NCBI GenBank assembly: GCA_001600815.1
Contig: BCKZ01000019.1
Span: 186,001 to 248,625 of the forward strand
DNA from: Alloascoidea hylecoeti
Taxonomy: Eukaryota
Direction: 5' to 3'
Length of the DNA stretch: 62,625 bases
The notes below the pieces were generated by a model that was given only the letters and a program-made list of their open reading frames with translations, made no database searches and had not been told where the DNA came from. Shown piece by piece: positions 48,890 to 61,663 of this stretch. Both the position numbers and the translations under genes were made by a program. Positions within the stretch are counted from its first letter, which is position 1. Every line of letters starts with the position of its first letter.

Positions 48890-49921
48890 TTAGATTTTTG
48901 AACTTTCTAATATAAAATTAGCACCTTTAGTTATATTTCCTTTTAATTGATCAACAGCAATTTTAATTAATTCATTTTCTTTATCAGTAATTTTTGTTAA
49001 AATATCAATTTTAATTTCTTTAACACCATTAATTCCAAATTCAACAGGTAATGAAAAATAATCAACTCCAAGTTTTTCTTTTATTACATCACCATTTTTA
49101 ATACCTGATAAATGAACATAAGTATTTTCAATAATTCCAGTTTCACCTTTTGATGCTTTTAAAATAGATTCTGCAAATTTAAAACCAGCGTATGCCATTG
49201 ATAAAGTTGCAGAACCTTTTCCATCTTTTGCTTTTACAACTTCATCACCACCAAATTGAACATGTTTAATTAATTCATCTAATTCATTTTTTGATTCTAA
49301 AGTTTTATAAGTTTTTGAATTTGCAATTGAAAATAATGGAACAATTGTTTCACCAGAATGACCACCAATAACTTGAACATTTTCCTTTTCAGGAGAAGGA
49401 TTTTCAGGATTATTTATTTGAGCTAAAAAAGTATTTGCTCTAACAACATCTAAAGTAGTTACACCAAATAATTTTTGAGGATTAAAAACACCAGCTTTTT
49501 TCAAAACTTCAGCAGCAACAGGAACAGTTGAATTAACAGGATTTGAAATGATTAAAATAAAAGCATTTGGAGAATAATCAGCAGAAGCTTGAACCAAATC
49601 TCTAACAATTCCAGCATTAATTTTAAATAAATCATCTCTTGTCATACCAGGTTTACGTGGTATTCCGGCAGGAATAATAACAAGATTTGCATTAGTAAAA
49701 GCATTCTTTAATTCTTCTTTATGTTTTTCTTTATCATCATTATAAGCAAGATAACCTTTAACTATTGCTCCTGTATTAATATGACCTAAATCAGCAGCAA
49801 CACCTGGTGAATTGACAACATCATAAAGGGATAATTCAGTAACATATGGAGATAATTTAAATAGCAATGATAGAGATTGGCCAATTCCACCAGCAGCTCC
49901 AGCAACAACGACTTTGACCAT
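48890..49921 (-). CDS. NAD-dependent malate dehydrogenase, likely peroxisomal/cytosolic
   Basis: [32 protein letters not shown] and GGHSGETI. No presequence; ends -SKI. Confidence 0.95.
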   Translation of the reverse strand: MVKVVVAGAAGGIGQSLSLLFKLSPYVTELSLYDVVNSPGVAADLGHINTGAIVKGYLAYNDDKEKHKEELKNAFTNANLVIIPAGIPRKPGMTRDDLFKINAGIVRDLVQASADYSPNAFILIISNPVNSTVPVAAEVLKKAGVFNPQKLFGVTTLDVVRANTFLAQINNPENPSPEKENVQVIGGHSGETIVPLFSIANSKTYKTLESKNELDELIKHVQFGGDEVVKAKDGKGSATLSMAYAGFKFAESILKASKGETGIIENTYVHLSGIKNGDVIKEKLGVDYFSLPVEFGINGVKEIKIDILTKITDKENELIKIAVDQLKGNITKGANFILESSKI

Positions 49922-51039
49922 TTTTTTGATTATGAAGATTTAATTATAAATGAGTAATTTAAGAAAATTTGATTGTATGAAAAATTAAAATGATTTCTCA
50001 AAAATTGGAAGAAGAAAAAGAAAATTAGACAAATTTGGGGGAAATGAGGGGATTTTATAAGAACGTCCACCCACACGCAGCACTAGTTAGGAAATCTAAA
50101 TATGAAACACAATTGTATATAATAGTAAACTAAAATTAAAGCTACACGTAAGTATAAAAATCAAAGAACGACTTTCGCATTTGATCAAGAATAGAAACCT
50201 TCTATCAATGAGGTTTCCAAAGAGAAAGGATTGTATTGTATCCCCACATTTATTAATACCCTCATGCCCTCATGCATAACTGGATGCCGTATATTTACGA
50301 AGAACCTCGTATTGCTTTACTCAGTTTCCGGGTTATTCCCGGTAGTGTAAAAAGTCGGGACTCCACGATTTCAATAATCAACCAATCAATCAATATTACT
50401 ATTCGCTAACGTTAACGTTATAACTTAAAATCGTACATCTCCAGAGACTCAAAGACTCAGAGACCAAACTTGAAGAATGAGAAACCTTTAGTATCATAAC
50501 ACAATGTTTTAAGAAGAGTTTTTACCCAATTGATTACTTTAAGGATAACCATATAACTGTTATGGGGGATAAACAATTATAAACATAGTTAAACACTTGA
50601 TTCTCAGCAATGTAGAGATACCATACATTACAAGGAATATCAAACTATTAAGGGCCTACAATGCATTAGGGCCCAGCCCGTTCACCTGATCATAACTCAT
50701 GATGCCTTTTTTGCTGCTTTTCAATATCGGAGATTCTTAGTTGAGTGTTAATATCAAACGAAAGAGCATGACTGCGATAAATATCATTGTATGCATAGTA
50801 ATATACCAACTAGGGACACGTATAATGAATATTCTCAAGATTGATCTTTACATATAGCCAATATATATATTTATAAATGAATTATTTCAAACCCATGAAT
50901 AATATTCTCAAGAATTGATCATTATTGGTATATTTCATAATATTCTGGTGTTGGCAAAATTAACCACGTGGGAGATCCGAGAGATGAGTTCAACCTTCCA
51001 ACTACACAGACACAAACAAACACAAACACACAATATTGA

Positions 51040-52630
51040 ATGTTCAATCCACAACGACTACAGAATAGGAAGTCTGTATCTCCTTCTATTGACGACAAGG
51101 ATGCCATATATAAACCCATAAAGACAAAGAAGTATAAGAAATTCAGTGCACCTTTAAAAGTTCATTGGTTATGGATTTTTATATGGAGTTTACTATGGTT
51201 TGTCATGATACATCGACATGAAAGAATTATCCCTCAACAACAAATACGGAAATGTTTATGGAATAATTGGGAAAAATGGGTAAGTCTTTGGGTATAATTG
51301 AGTTCTCACAAATCAATAAACTAATTATTATTATTAGCATAGTAATGGTGAAGTTAATCCTCATCGTGTCGCCTTATTAGCAGATCCACAATTAGTTGAT
51401 GATCATACTTACCCTTCACGTCCAAGAATAATTAATTATTTTACAAAATTAATTTCGGATAATTATCTTCGTCGAAATAATCGATTTGTTGAAGAAATTT
51501 TAGATCCTGATACTTCAATTTTTTTAGGTGATTTATTTGATGGTGGTAGAGAATGGAAAGAAGATGAATGGATTTCTGAATATAAAAGATTTATGTCAAT
51601 TTATCCATCAAAAATTAATAAAAGAACAATTTATTCATTACCTGGAAATCATGATATTGGATTTGGTGAAACTATTATATATGATGCATGGGAAAGATTT
51701 CAATTATGGTTTGGACAAAGTAATCAAATTTTAGATATTGGAAATCATTCAATTATTTTGCTTGATACAATATCATTATCACATATTAATAATTTCACAA
51801 TAAACCATGATTCAAATTATTTATTAGAAAGATTAAATTCAAATGATGAATTATCGTTAAATGGTTTTAAAAAACCAAGAATATTACTTACTCATGTTCC
51901 ATTATATAGAGATAATCAAAGACAAGATTGTGGACCATTACGTGAATCAAAAAATAAATTTCCAATTCAAGCTGGTGATCAATATCAAACTGTTATTTCA
52001 CATCAATTAACTCAAAGTATTTTAAGTAAAGTTAAACCTGTCGCAATTTTTAGTGGTGATGATCATGATTATTGTCATGTTACTCATGAATATAGTCCAT
52101 ATAATTATGGATCAAATATTTTAAATTATGATGATAAAAGAATAAGTAATGAATTTACAATAAAATCTTTATCAATGACTAATGGCATTAAAAAACCTGC
52201 AATTCAATTATTATCACTTTTTAATGATGAATCAAATATAAATATAAATGAAAATTTAAATACTTGGCAAACTGAAATTTGTTTTATGCCAAATGAATTA
52301 AAAACAATAAAATCATATTTATATTTTTTAATTTTTGAATTAATTTTATTAATAATATGGATTTTTTCAACTAAATTTTCAAATTTGTTTAAAAGAAATT
52401 TAAAATCATTAATTCATAAACAAAAATTAAGTAATGATAATATTAATATTAATATTAATATTAATGATTATGAGAATGATATTTTACCAATTTCTAATAC
52501 AAAAGGAAATCTTGGGAGATTAATAACATATAAAAGTTTGAAAATAAAATTTCAAGAACTTTTTATAAATTGTTTAATTTCTGTTATATGCATTTTGATG
52601 ATTTTCAGACATTTTTATAAAACTGTTTAG
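51040..52630 (+). CDS. CDC1: Cdc1-like Mn-dependent metallophosphoesterase (GPI remodelling); exons 51040-51279 and 51338-52630
   Basis: Splicing gives CLWNNWEKW-HSNG..RVALLADPQLVD, DNYLRR, FLGDLFDGGREW, PGNHDIG, THVPLY and SGDDHDYC. Intron GTAAGT..AACTAAT..TAG. Confidence 0.88.
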
Positions 52631-52742
52631 TTAAAGTAAATTAGTTAGATTAGTCAAACAACCTTCAATTCCAAACCTCAAACTTCCATGTGCATGATCA
52701 CCATTTCTATCATAACAACAACAACAACAACTACATTAATAA

Positions 52743-54498
52743 ATGTACCGTAGTAATCCAAACTTCTCTCGTTATAAATTCATCAGATCACAATCTCCTC
52801 ATTCATCAGTATCTTACATTACCCGTCAATCAGATGGAACTGTTATATTTTCTGATCCACCATCAACAATATCAATATCAAGAGATGTTAAACCACCACC
52901 ATTAACATTATTACCAAAAGATTCACCTGAATATTTATTAAAATTATGTAAAAATTTATTTTATCCAAATGAAAAATCAGATAAAGATTATAAAGATTTA
53001 TTACCAGCTTTAACAAGTTCAAATTCAATTGATTTAGAATTATATTGTTTAATTGGTTTATTTTTAAGACAATTTGTCACAAGTTGGTATAGTAGGATAA
53101 CTGATGATGAGATATTTATGGATGAATTAATCAATGTTATTGCTCATATAACAAGAGGATTGGAAGAAAGAATAAGAAAGGTAAGTCAATTTTTGAGAGC
53201 TGTTATTGTTTATTTACTAATTTTTGAAATTTTGATTTTAGGTGGATAAAAAGAAATTATTATTGGATGAAATACCATTAATACTTGATATATATTTTAC
53301 AGGTATATACAACAATTCAATTATCTATTTTTTTTCTTTTAAATACAAACTAATATTATGATTATAGATTTCAAAACAATGAAAGAAAGACATGATACAT
53401 CAATATTACCACAAGAATCATTAAAAGAATCATTTCATTCATTACATCCAAATTTTTCATTATCATCAAAAGAAAATCATATAAAATATTTACAAATATT
53501 AACAAAAGGTATTGTTTCTTTATTATTACCACCTGAAAGTTATCATTGTAAAAATGTTAGATTTTTAGTTGAATCAATTTTATCAAATATTGTTTTAAAA
53601 AATATGATTGAAAAAATAAGTGAACCATATATGTTATATGGTAGTATAGTGAAGGTATGTATTTTTACTATATGATGATTCAGATCTTTTAGCTAATTAA
53701 ATGAAAAAATAATAGGTTATTGAAATTATAAAATCTAAACAAACAAATGATGATTCAAAAATTAATGATGAACTGCAACAACAAAGTTTTTTTTATAAAA
53801 TATATAAACCAGTATCAAGTGTTATTTCAACATCTATTAGAATGATTACATTTATCGCATCATTTTCAGATAATTCATTTTTAAATCAAGTTGAAGTTAA
53901 AACAACAACAGAATCCACATCACAATTAGATTTAAAAGATATAAAAATTAAAAAAAAGAAGGATTTTAATCCAATAATTCCTTATACAACATATAGTATA
54001 TTTCAATTTTTAAACAATTTATTACATTTAAATAATTCAAAACCAATTATAACTGGATTTTTAAAATCAATTTATAAAATGATTTCAAATCAATATATTT
54101 CAAGAATAATTGATAGAATGTTAAATCATTTATTTAATAAAATTTTAACATCATATTTAATAACAATAATTTTAAAATCTTTAAGAAATAATTTATTTCC
54201 AAATGACTATTTAATGGGTCCATCACCAATTATACCAACTCCTGAAGAATTAAAGATGATTAAAAAAAATTGTAAAAATGAAATTTTAAATTTATTAAAT
54301 AATGATAATAATAAAAAGATTAGTGATTTTTTAACAGGTGGTGAATCAGAATTTATAATTGATGAAATTTTAGATTCTTTTAATGATAAAGAAATTAATA
54401 AATATCTTATTATGGATTTATTAGATATGATTATTAAAGAAGTTTTTAAAGAATTGGAGGATTATACACCTGTTGAATTAGAACAAATATATTCTTAA
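52743..54498 (+). CDS. PXA-domain protein (Nvj3/Pxa1-like); exons 52743-53180, 53242-53302, 53368-53654 and 53716-54498
   Basis: LLPALTSSNSIDLELY..FLRQFVTSWYSRIT PXA motif, LLLPPE and SEP. Three GT..AG introns with branch sites restore one frame. Confidence 0.85.
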
Positions 54499-55104
54499 TT
54501 AATATTGTATAAAAGTGTGATATTGCATTATAGTTGAAGTAAAATATACAAATGATTTAAGGTAATTATAATATAAAAAGTAATGAAGCTAGTGGAGGAA
54601 CATTGAGTAAGATGAACGTTAAGACACTAAAAAAAAGAATAACAATTGAGTTCTTCTTCTAATGGAGTGCCCAATGGCATAAATTGTGATCAAGTTATCG
54701 ATTGCCTTGTATCTCTAGCGGGGCTTAATCACAAGCTAAAACATAGATTATATCGAAGCTAGCAGTACTACCTGTCCAGTTACCCATGGTTTATTACACA
54801 TGCCCCAAGAGACACTTTTGAGGTTTTATTTGTTGATATAAACCATTAAATGGAAATGTTTGGATAATAATCTAATATATAGTTACAGAAAAACAAATTA
54901 GGCAACTCGACTCGACGGATTTTATTAGTTAGATCGAAGAATCCTTATCAGTCGCAGCTACCCCCCCCGTATCTAAACCTAAAGATTATGTGCCACTTAT
55001 TGTTTTATATAAGATCGGCTAATTCTCCTCCATTTCCATCAAATCTAAATCTACATCTTTTAAATTTCCTTCAATTTCACTCAAAGATTTACATCTAAAC
55101 AAAA

Positions 55105-56775
55105 ATGACCAATGATATCGGTATAAACCCAGCCGGTGATCCAACCACATTTGAACTTTGGAAACCAAAAATTGAAGCCCAAAGAAAAATTCTAAAAGAT
55201 TCAATTCCCTCAAAATATTTAATCCCTGATTCCAAATTACCATCCCCAAATCAATTAGATATTTCAAATTTTGCTTATGAAAGTGGATTATTAACAACAA
55301 AAGAATTAGAAATAACTGAAACTTCTGCTTCTAACTTAGTTTTATTAATGTCAAAAGGTGAAATTTCAGCAGTTGAAGTATTGAAATGTTTTTTTAAAAA
55401 AGCAATTATTGGTAATCAATTATTAAATTTTGCAACTGAATTCTTAGGTGATTCTGCTTTTAAAGATGCTGAAAAATTAGATGAGTATTTTAAAAAAAAT
55501 GGTAAAGTTATTGGTCCATTACATGGTGTACCAATGTCAATTAAAGAACATTTAGGATTTGGTGGAAGACCTTCTAATGGTGGATATGTTTCTGGAATTG
55601 GTTATATCTCACCTAAAGATCCATTGATGGTTAAAATGTTAAAGGAACAAGGTGCTGTATTTTTTGTTCGTACAAATCAACCACAAACAATAATGCATTT
55701 AGATACAAATAATAATATTATTGGAATGACAAAAAATCCTTTTAATCTCAATTTAAGTCCCGGTGGTTCTTCAGGTGGAGAAGGAGCTATTTTTGGATTT
55801 AAGGCATCATGTATAGGTATTGGTACAGATATTGGTGGATCAATTAGATGCCCAGCTGCTTTTAATGGAACATATGCTTTTAAACCATGTGCTAGAAAAC
55901 TTAGTGGTGATGGACAAGTTGGAGTTTTTGAAGGTCATGATTCAATTTTAGGCACTGAAGGACCTTTTACTCAACATCCAGAAGATATTGATTTATTTAT
56001 GGAATTGGCTTTAGATCATCTTTGGGAACATGATGTTTTTGTTATGCCTGTTCCTTGGAAAACTGTTAATCCTTCAGATTTGAAAAATATAACCATTGGT
56101 GTTATGTATAATGATGGAGTTGTTCAACCACATCCTCCAGTTTTAAGAGGTTTAGAGTATGCTGTTAAAAAGTTATCAGCAGCAGGTGCAAACTTAAATA
56201 TTAAACTTGTTAAATGGGAACCATATAAGTGTTCAGAAGCATGGGATATTATCTCTCATTTATATTTTAACGATGGAGTTTATACACAAGGTGCATTAAA
56301 AGAAAGCGGAGAGCCATTATTACCATTAACAGAATGGTCACTACGTTACGGAGGGAAATTAACAACAATAGAGACGTATGAATATCATGCTAAAAGAGAT
56401 TCAATAAGACAAGAATATAATGATTTATTCAAAAAACGAGAAGTTGATTTTGTGTTAAGTCCTGCTTATTGTGGAGTTGCATCAAAACAAGGAGATGCTC
56501 ATTATTGGGGTTATACTTCATTATGGAATTGCCTCGATCATCCAGGAGCTATTTTCCCATTAAAGGGATTAAAATCAGATCCATCAATTGATAAAGTTGA
56601 TGATTCCTATGTTCCTATGAATCCAATTGATGAAAGAGAATATTCAAAATATTCAAAGAATGGTGCAGAATTTTATAAAGGTGCTCCAATTTCTTTACAA
56701 TTGGTAGGAAGAAAGTACAAAGACGAAGAAACTGTTGCAGCTATGAGATTGATTGATGGAATTATCAATGCTTAG
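55105..56775 (+). CDS. Amidase-signature family amidase (Amd2/AmdS-like)
   Basis: GPLHGVPMSIKE, PGGSSGGEGA and GTDIGGSIRCPA. Confidence 0.95.
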   Translation: MTNDIGINPAGDPTTFELWKPKIEAQRKILKDSIPSKYLIPDSKLPSPNQLDISNFAYESGLLTTKELEITETSASNLVLLMSKGEISAVEVLKCFFKKAIIGNQLLNFATEFLGDSAFKDAEKLDEYFKKNGKVIGPLHGVPMSIKEHLGFGGRPSNGGYVSGIGYISPKDPLMVKMLKEQGAVFFVRTNQPQTIMHLDTNNNIIGMTKNPFNLNLSPGGSSGGEGAIFGFKASCIGIGTDIGGSIRCPAAFNGTYAFKPCARKLSGDGQVGVFEGHDSILGTEGPFTQHPEDIDLFMELALDHLWEHDVFVMPVPWKTVNPSDLKNITIGVMYNDGVVQPHPPVLRGLEYAVKKLSAAGANLNIKLVKWEPYKCSEAWDIISHLYFNDGVYTQGALKESGEPLLPLTEWSLRYGGKLTTIETYEYHAKRDSIRQEYNDLFKKREVDFVLSPAYCGVASKQGDAHYWGYTSLWNCLDHPGAIFPLKGLKSDPSIDKVDDSYVPMNPIDEREYSKYSKNGAEFYKGAPISLQLVGRKYKDEETVAAMRLIDGIINA

Positions 56776-57187
56776 AAACTTGAGGTTGATCTTGTACATT
56801 TTTATCTAGATTATAAACATTTATTAACATTCAAAAAAAAGATTACTATAGCGATAGGACACCAAATATGGTTACATTTCACCCATCAATTGCGAAACCA
56901 GCAACCAATAGAAATTATTAAAAATAGCATTACTAAAATCTACTTAATCTCATAATTCTCATAATATATCTTCGATATTCTTTTCTTGTAAATCTTGTTG
57001 AAGTGTGTGTATGGAGCTCCGATCTCTCCTTGTTATCTGCAGATTATTGTATAATTAATATTAGTGCCTTTCCCTTCCTCCAAAGACACTCACACTATAA
57101 AAATACAAAATCAAACAATAAACATAAAAGTTGTAAAAACCCAAACATCCATCTCTTTATCTTATTTAAATTTCATTATCTTTTTTC

Positions 57188-58738
57188 ATGCTAAGAAAAT
57201 TTTCTTCTTGTTTAAGTTTCACCAAACCAATTATAACAAGAATAAATCGATTGCAGCTCAATCATAATTATCATAATCAATTAAGAAAAATGTCTGAACC
57301 AAGTGCATTAAAACCGCTTTTTGAAAAAATTGATTTTTTAAAACCTCAATTTATTAATCGTTTATCAGATGCTGTTTCAATTCCTTCTGTATCAAGTGAT
57401 GAAGAATTACGTCCAAAAGTTTTTGATATGGCCCATTATTTAAAAGATCAATTGACTGAATTAGGTGGTACTGATATTGAATTAAAAGATTTAGGTATTC
57501 AACCTCCTCCTGTTAATAATCCAAAATTGAATTTGCCCCCTATTGTTTTGGCTAAATTTGGAACTGATTCCAAAAAATTGAATGTTTTGGTTTATGGACA
57601 TTATGATGTTCAACCTGCTCTTGTTGAAGATGGTTGGCCTGGAGATCCCTTTAAATTAATCCAAGTTGATGATAAACTTATTGGTAGAGGATCTACTGAT
57701 GATAAAGGTCCTGTTATGGGTTGGTTGAATGTTATTCAAGCACATAGAGAAGCTGGCTTGGAATTACCTGTTAATTTATGGTTTTGCTTGGAAGGTATGG
57801 AAGAAAGTGGATCACTTGGTTTAGATGATTTAATAAAAAGAGAGGCAAATGAATATTTTAAAGGTGTTGATGCTGTTTGTATTTCTGATAATTATTGGTT
57901 AGGTACCAGTCATCCTGTTTTAACTTATGGATTAAGAGGATGTAATTATTATCAAATTACTGTTGAAGGACCAGCAGCTGATTTACATTCTGGATTATTT
58001 GGTGGTATCATTGCTGAACCAATGACTGATTTAATTCAAATCATGTCAAAACTTGTTGATATTAATGGTAAAATTCAAATCCCTGGTATTGATGAAATGG
58101 TTGCACCTGTTACACCAGAAGAAGAAGAAATTTATGAAAAGATTCATTTCCAAATGGATGAATTACATGCAGCAACAGGATCAACAACTAGTTTATTTGA
58201 TAATACAAAGGAAACTTTAATGGGTAGATGGAGATATCCATCTTTATCATTACATGGTATTGAAGGTGCATTTTCAGCAAGTGGTGCAAAAACGGTCATT
58301 CCACATAAAGTAATTGGTAAATTTTCAATTAGAACTGTTCCAAACATAATTTCAAATAAATTAGATAATTTAGTATTTGATTATGTTAATAATCTTTTTA
58401 AATCATCAAATTCAAAAAATCAATTAAAAGTTGAATTAATTCATGATGGTGATTATTGGTACTCAAATCCAAATACATTTCAATTTAATGCCGCAAAAAA
58501 AGCAACTAAAGCTGTATGGGGAGTTGAACCTGATTTAACAAGAGAAGGTGGTAGTATTCCAATTACATTAACTTTTGAACAAGAATTAAAAACAAGTGTT
58601 TTATTATTACCAATGGGTAGAGGTGATGATGGTGCTCATTCAGTTAATGAAAAATTAAATGTTAGTAATTATATTCAAGGTACTAAAACTTTAGGAGCTT
58701 ATCTTCATTATGTTGCAGCTGAGAAACAAAAAGAATAG
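57188..58738 (+). CDS. DUG1: M20 Cys-Gly metallodipeptidase; second ATG at 57290
   Basis: YGHYDVQPA, GRGSTDDKGP, EGMEESGS, ISDNYWLG, TREGGSIP and DDGAHSVNEK. Confidence 0.95.
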   Translation: MLRKFSSCLSFTKPIITRINRLQLNHNYHNQLRKMSEPSALKPLFEKIDFLKPQFINRLSDAVSIPSVSSDEELRPKVFDMAHYLKDQLTELGGTDIELKDLGIQPPPVNNPKLNLPPIVLAKFGTDSKKLNVLVYGHYDVQPALVEDGWPGDPFKLIQVDDKLIGRGSTDDKGPVMGWLNVIQAHREAGLELPVNLWFCLEGMEESGSLGLDDLIKREANEYFKGVDAVCISDNYWLGTSHPVLTYGLRGCNYYQITVEGPAADLHSGLFGGIIAEPMTDLIQIMSKLVDINGKIQIPGIDEMVAPVTPEEEEIYEKIHFQMDELHAATGSTTSLFDNTKETLMGRWRYPSLSLHGIEGAFSASGAKTVIPHKVIGKFSIRTVPNIISNKLDNLVFDYVNNLFKSSNSKNQLKVELIHDGDYWYSNPNTFQFNAAKKATKAVWGVEPDLTREGGSIPITLTFEQELKTSVLLLPMGRGDDGAHSVNEKLNVSNYIQGTKTLGAYLHYVAAEKQKE

Positions 58739-58813
58739 ATTTTATAATTTTATAATTTTATAATTCTTCTTTATTTATATAGTCTACTAATAATAGTCTA
58801 ATTTAAAAAAAAA

Positions 58814-59290
58814 TTATTCAAGTTTTTCTAACTTTGAACTTAACTTCCATCTTCTATAACCAGTTAATAAAATAGTAGCCAACCATACAAATGATCCAAA
58901 TGATAAAGCCATTCCACCATAAAATTCAGCTTGACAACAATATTCATCAACAGTATCAACCCACATAACTCTTGCTAAACTCAAACTTGTCATAACAATA
59001 ACTCCTAGTGCACCCCAAAGATAATATTTAAAAATTTTTGGATCATCTTTTGTTCTATAATGATATTCATTAAAACCAATTAATCCAATAACAACAGAAA
59101 ATATTAAAATTGCACTATTTATTGCCATCGAAAAATTCTCATGAATTGCTAATGTATAACCTTTACCAGATATTACGAAAAATATAAAACTTAAAAGTGC
59201 TAATCGTGATGGTTTTTTGGATTCTTTTTCATATAATGCTTCATCAACATACATGTTGAATTTATAAAGTTCTTTTAGAAGGGGATTCAT
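58814..59290 (-). CDS. Uncharacterised 158-aa membrane protein with ~4 TM segments
   Basis: Open frame with four hydrophobic segments and a DEYCCQAEFYGG loop. Confidence 0.65.
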   Translation of the reverse strand: MNPLLKELYKFNMYVDEALYEKESKKPSRLALLSFIFFVISGKGYTLAIHENFSMAINSAILIFSVVIGLIGFNEYHYRTKDDPKIFKYYLWGALGVIVMTSLSLARVMWVDTVDEYCCQAEFYGGMALSFGSFVWLATILLTGYRRWKLSSKLEKLE

Positions 59291-60234
59291 GATAGTTGAT
59301 GATTATGTTAAATTGTAGGTTATGTAATATTTGATGAATGATAATTGATAAATGATGATTGATAAGTGTCAATTTCAAGTAAAAACATAATGTGATATTA
59401 CCAAAACCGTAATTTATTAGGAATAACTTCCGGAAGAGGAGTACAGGTAAAGCTTAGAGTCTAATCATGTGACTCAGGATAATAAATACCTCTTTTATAG
59501 ATTAACAATTTTAACAGATTTCGCTTTCTAAGAAAGTTCCAGATTATACAAAGGAATTAACGTAAAGCATTACCACCTTTGTAAAACAACATCACATGGG
59601 GGCCGAGCTGAAAAGCCCTTGGCGACTGACCGTCAATTTACAATCCGAATTATTAGATTCAGCAAAGAAATTTTAAAGCGATATGAGTACAAATATCATT
59701 TAATGGTGCTGTTGAATCATCTTTGGAAAGGTTTAGGATATTATCTATATCCGAAAACTCGTAAAATTAAATTGTAAAATTGAATATCTGAACTGAATCC
59801 GTCCAGCGATACGGATATGCACGATCATCCCTACACATCTATTTTCCTTCACCCACCATCTCAATGATGTTATTTAAGCATATATATATTCTCTCATTTC
59901 AATCTTTATTATTTCAAAAAATTTTAATGAAAGGCTTTCGAGAAATCAGCCTTTTATTATACTTATATCCTTATATTTGGGTTTACACTATTTAGTACTC
60001 TATAGGCATACATATTTAACACTGGATGAAAACATACTAAAATCCAAAATTTTGAATCGTAAGAATCTGTTGTAAGAAAGAATTGGAATAAAAATCTCGT
60101 TATTACATATTAGACATTCGAGTGAATAATTGCTAATATGGTAATAATTATAAATTATTAATTTTTAAAACCATAATATTCATGAATCTAATAATTATAG
60201 TCTATGAGATTACTTGAAACAGCACGATGAATAT

Positions 60235-60517
60235 ATATTAGAATTATATAGTAAAGTTATATACCATCCAATTAATTATAAAAACTTATAAAACAAGATC
60301 ATATTTATCATTTAAATTTATATTTCTAATTCCGTAAAATCATTAATATTTGATTATTGGTTTACTTACGTTATACACGAGTTATATAAATTACTAGGTA
60401 GCAGAAACTCGGTAGCTAATAATGATACCATAAATTTAAATACAGCGATTTCAAAATTGTTCATTACTAATTAAAGGTCTAGGATTATAATAATAATGTG
60501 TCTAACCCATTATATTT
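60235..60517 (-). repeat. Cassette copy B (inverted, ORF deleted)
   Basis: Reverse complement equals ~46982-47193 fused directly to ~48129-48208 at AAATGAT. Confidence 0.9.
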
Positions 60518-60794
60518 ATACGTAGATACGGTTTTTTAAATAAAATACTTACTAAAATGATGTTGGTATCGCAAACTTTAGTCCTACAAATTAATTATAA
60601 AGGATGGTCAAATGACTTTACAGAACTTGAAGTAGAAATATAAAGTGAAAATAAGAGGTGTCAATTAAAAAAATATAAACTTACATCAAAAATCGATAAT
60701 TAAAGAGATAAATAGATAATACATGAAATTTTATTAAAAAATATATATAGATAAACAACTATACAACGACTAGCTATATCTGAAATGTATTATA

Positions 60795-61505
60795 CTATAG
60801 ATAAGGAACATATTTTTCGGCCATATCCCAATCAATATGGTCAAAATCATTATTCAGAATACCCTGAATAAATCCGGTGGGAAGTTTAAATCTAGTATTC
60901 AAGAAATCCGACATCTTGTTCTTATCTTCCTCGTTCAAATCAAGGAGATAGGAAGATTTTAGCACTGTCTCAATATATTCCACTCTCGTGATAACAGCTC
61001 CTATTTCATTAGAATCATTGGAGGTCTCTATCTTGGCCACTTTTAAATCGTCATTTTTGGGAGCAGTATAAGTTTCGACTGGAAGTCCCCAAGCTTGGGC
61101 TGTTTGTTGCGTTGTTGTTTGAGGTACCGGTGCTAATGTTGGGGCTGGTGTTGGTGTTGGTGTTGGTACTTGAGATGGCTTGGATACAACTTGTTTGCCC
61201 TTCAGAAGACATTGAAGTTGTACGTGAAGCCCAGTGGTATCATACTCCACCATCACTGCAACCTTTTTAGGCTTACTGAAGTTGGTAAACCTGGTATACA
61301 GGTCGTTGAATATTTTTATTAGCTGTTGTTGCCGATTTCTAGTAATTGTGGTCATCTTCATATCATCACCATCATGACCCACATCAAATGGGAATGAAAA
61401 CGACACAGTTGGAGAAGGGATTGAAAATTTACTAATATCAGCAGGGACAGCATTTACTACTGCAATTATTGATAACGCGACATATTCTAATGATGAGACT
61501 TTCAT
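60795..61505 (-). CDS. Putative secreted orphan protein with a Pro/Thr linker (~236 aa from ATG 61505)
   Basis: MKVSSLEYVALSIIAVVNA signal-like N-terminus, PTPTPTPAPT linker, and a C-terminus similar to the cassette ORF end. Confidence 0.7.
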   Translation of the reverse strand: MKVSSLEYVALSIIAVVNAVPADISKFSIPSPTVSFSFPFDVGHDGDDMKMTTITRNRQQQLIKIFNDLYTRFTNFSKPKKVAVMVEYDTTGLHVQLQCLLKGKQVVSKPSQVPTPTPTPAPTLAPVPQTTTQQTAQAWGLPVETYTAPKNDDLKVAKIETSNDSNEIGAVITRVEYIETVLKSSYLLDLNEEDKNKMSDFLNTRFKLPTGFIQGILNNDFDHIDWDMAEKYVPYL

Positions 61506-61663
61506 TTTGAGTATCAAGTGTAACTGAAAATAAATATGGTAAAATACAATGCTTAAGAAAAAAAACGATGGAGCAAGTTGTATCCATATTTATACCATAA
61601 CATATGTATAGTAAGAAAATGTATGTTCTCTTCTTATGTAAGTACAATATTCTATTAGCTGCT

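Noticed and set aside
48200..60240. Mating-type locus between inverted repeats
   Set aside because: No HMG, alpha-box or homeodomain gene is present; only metabolic genes.
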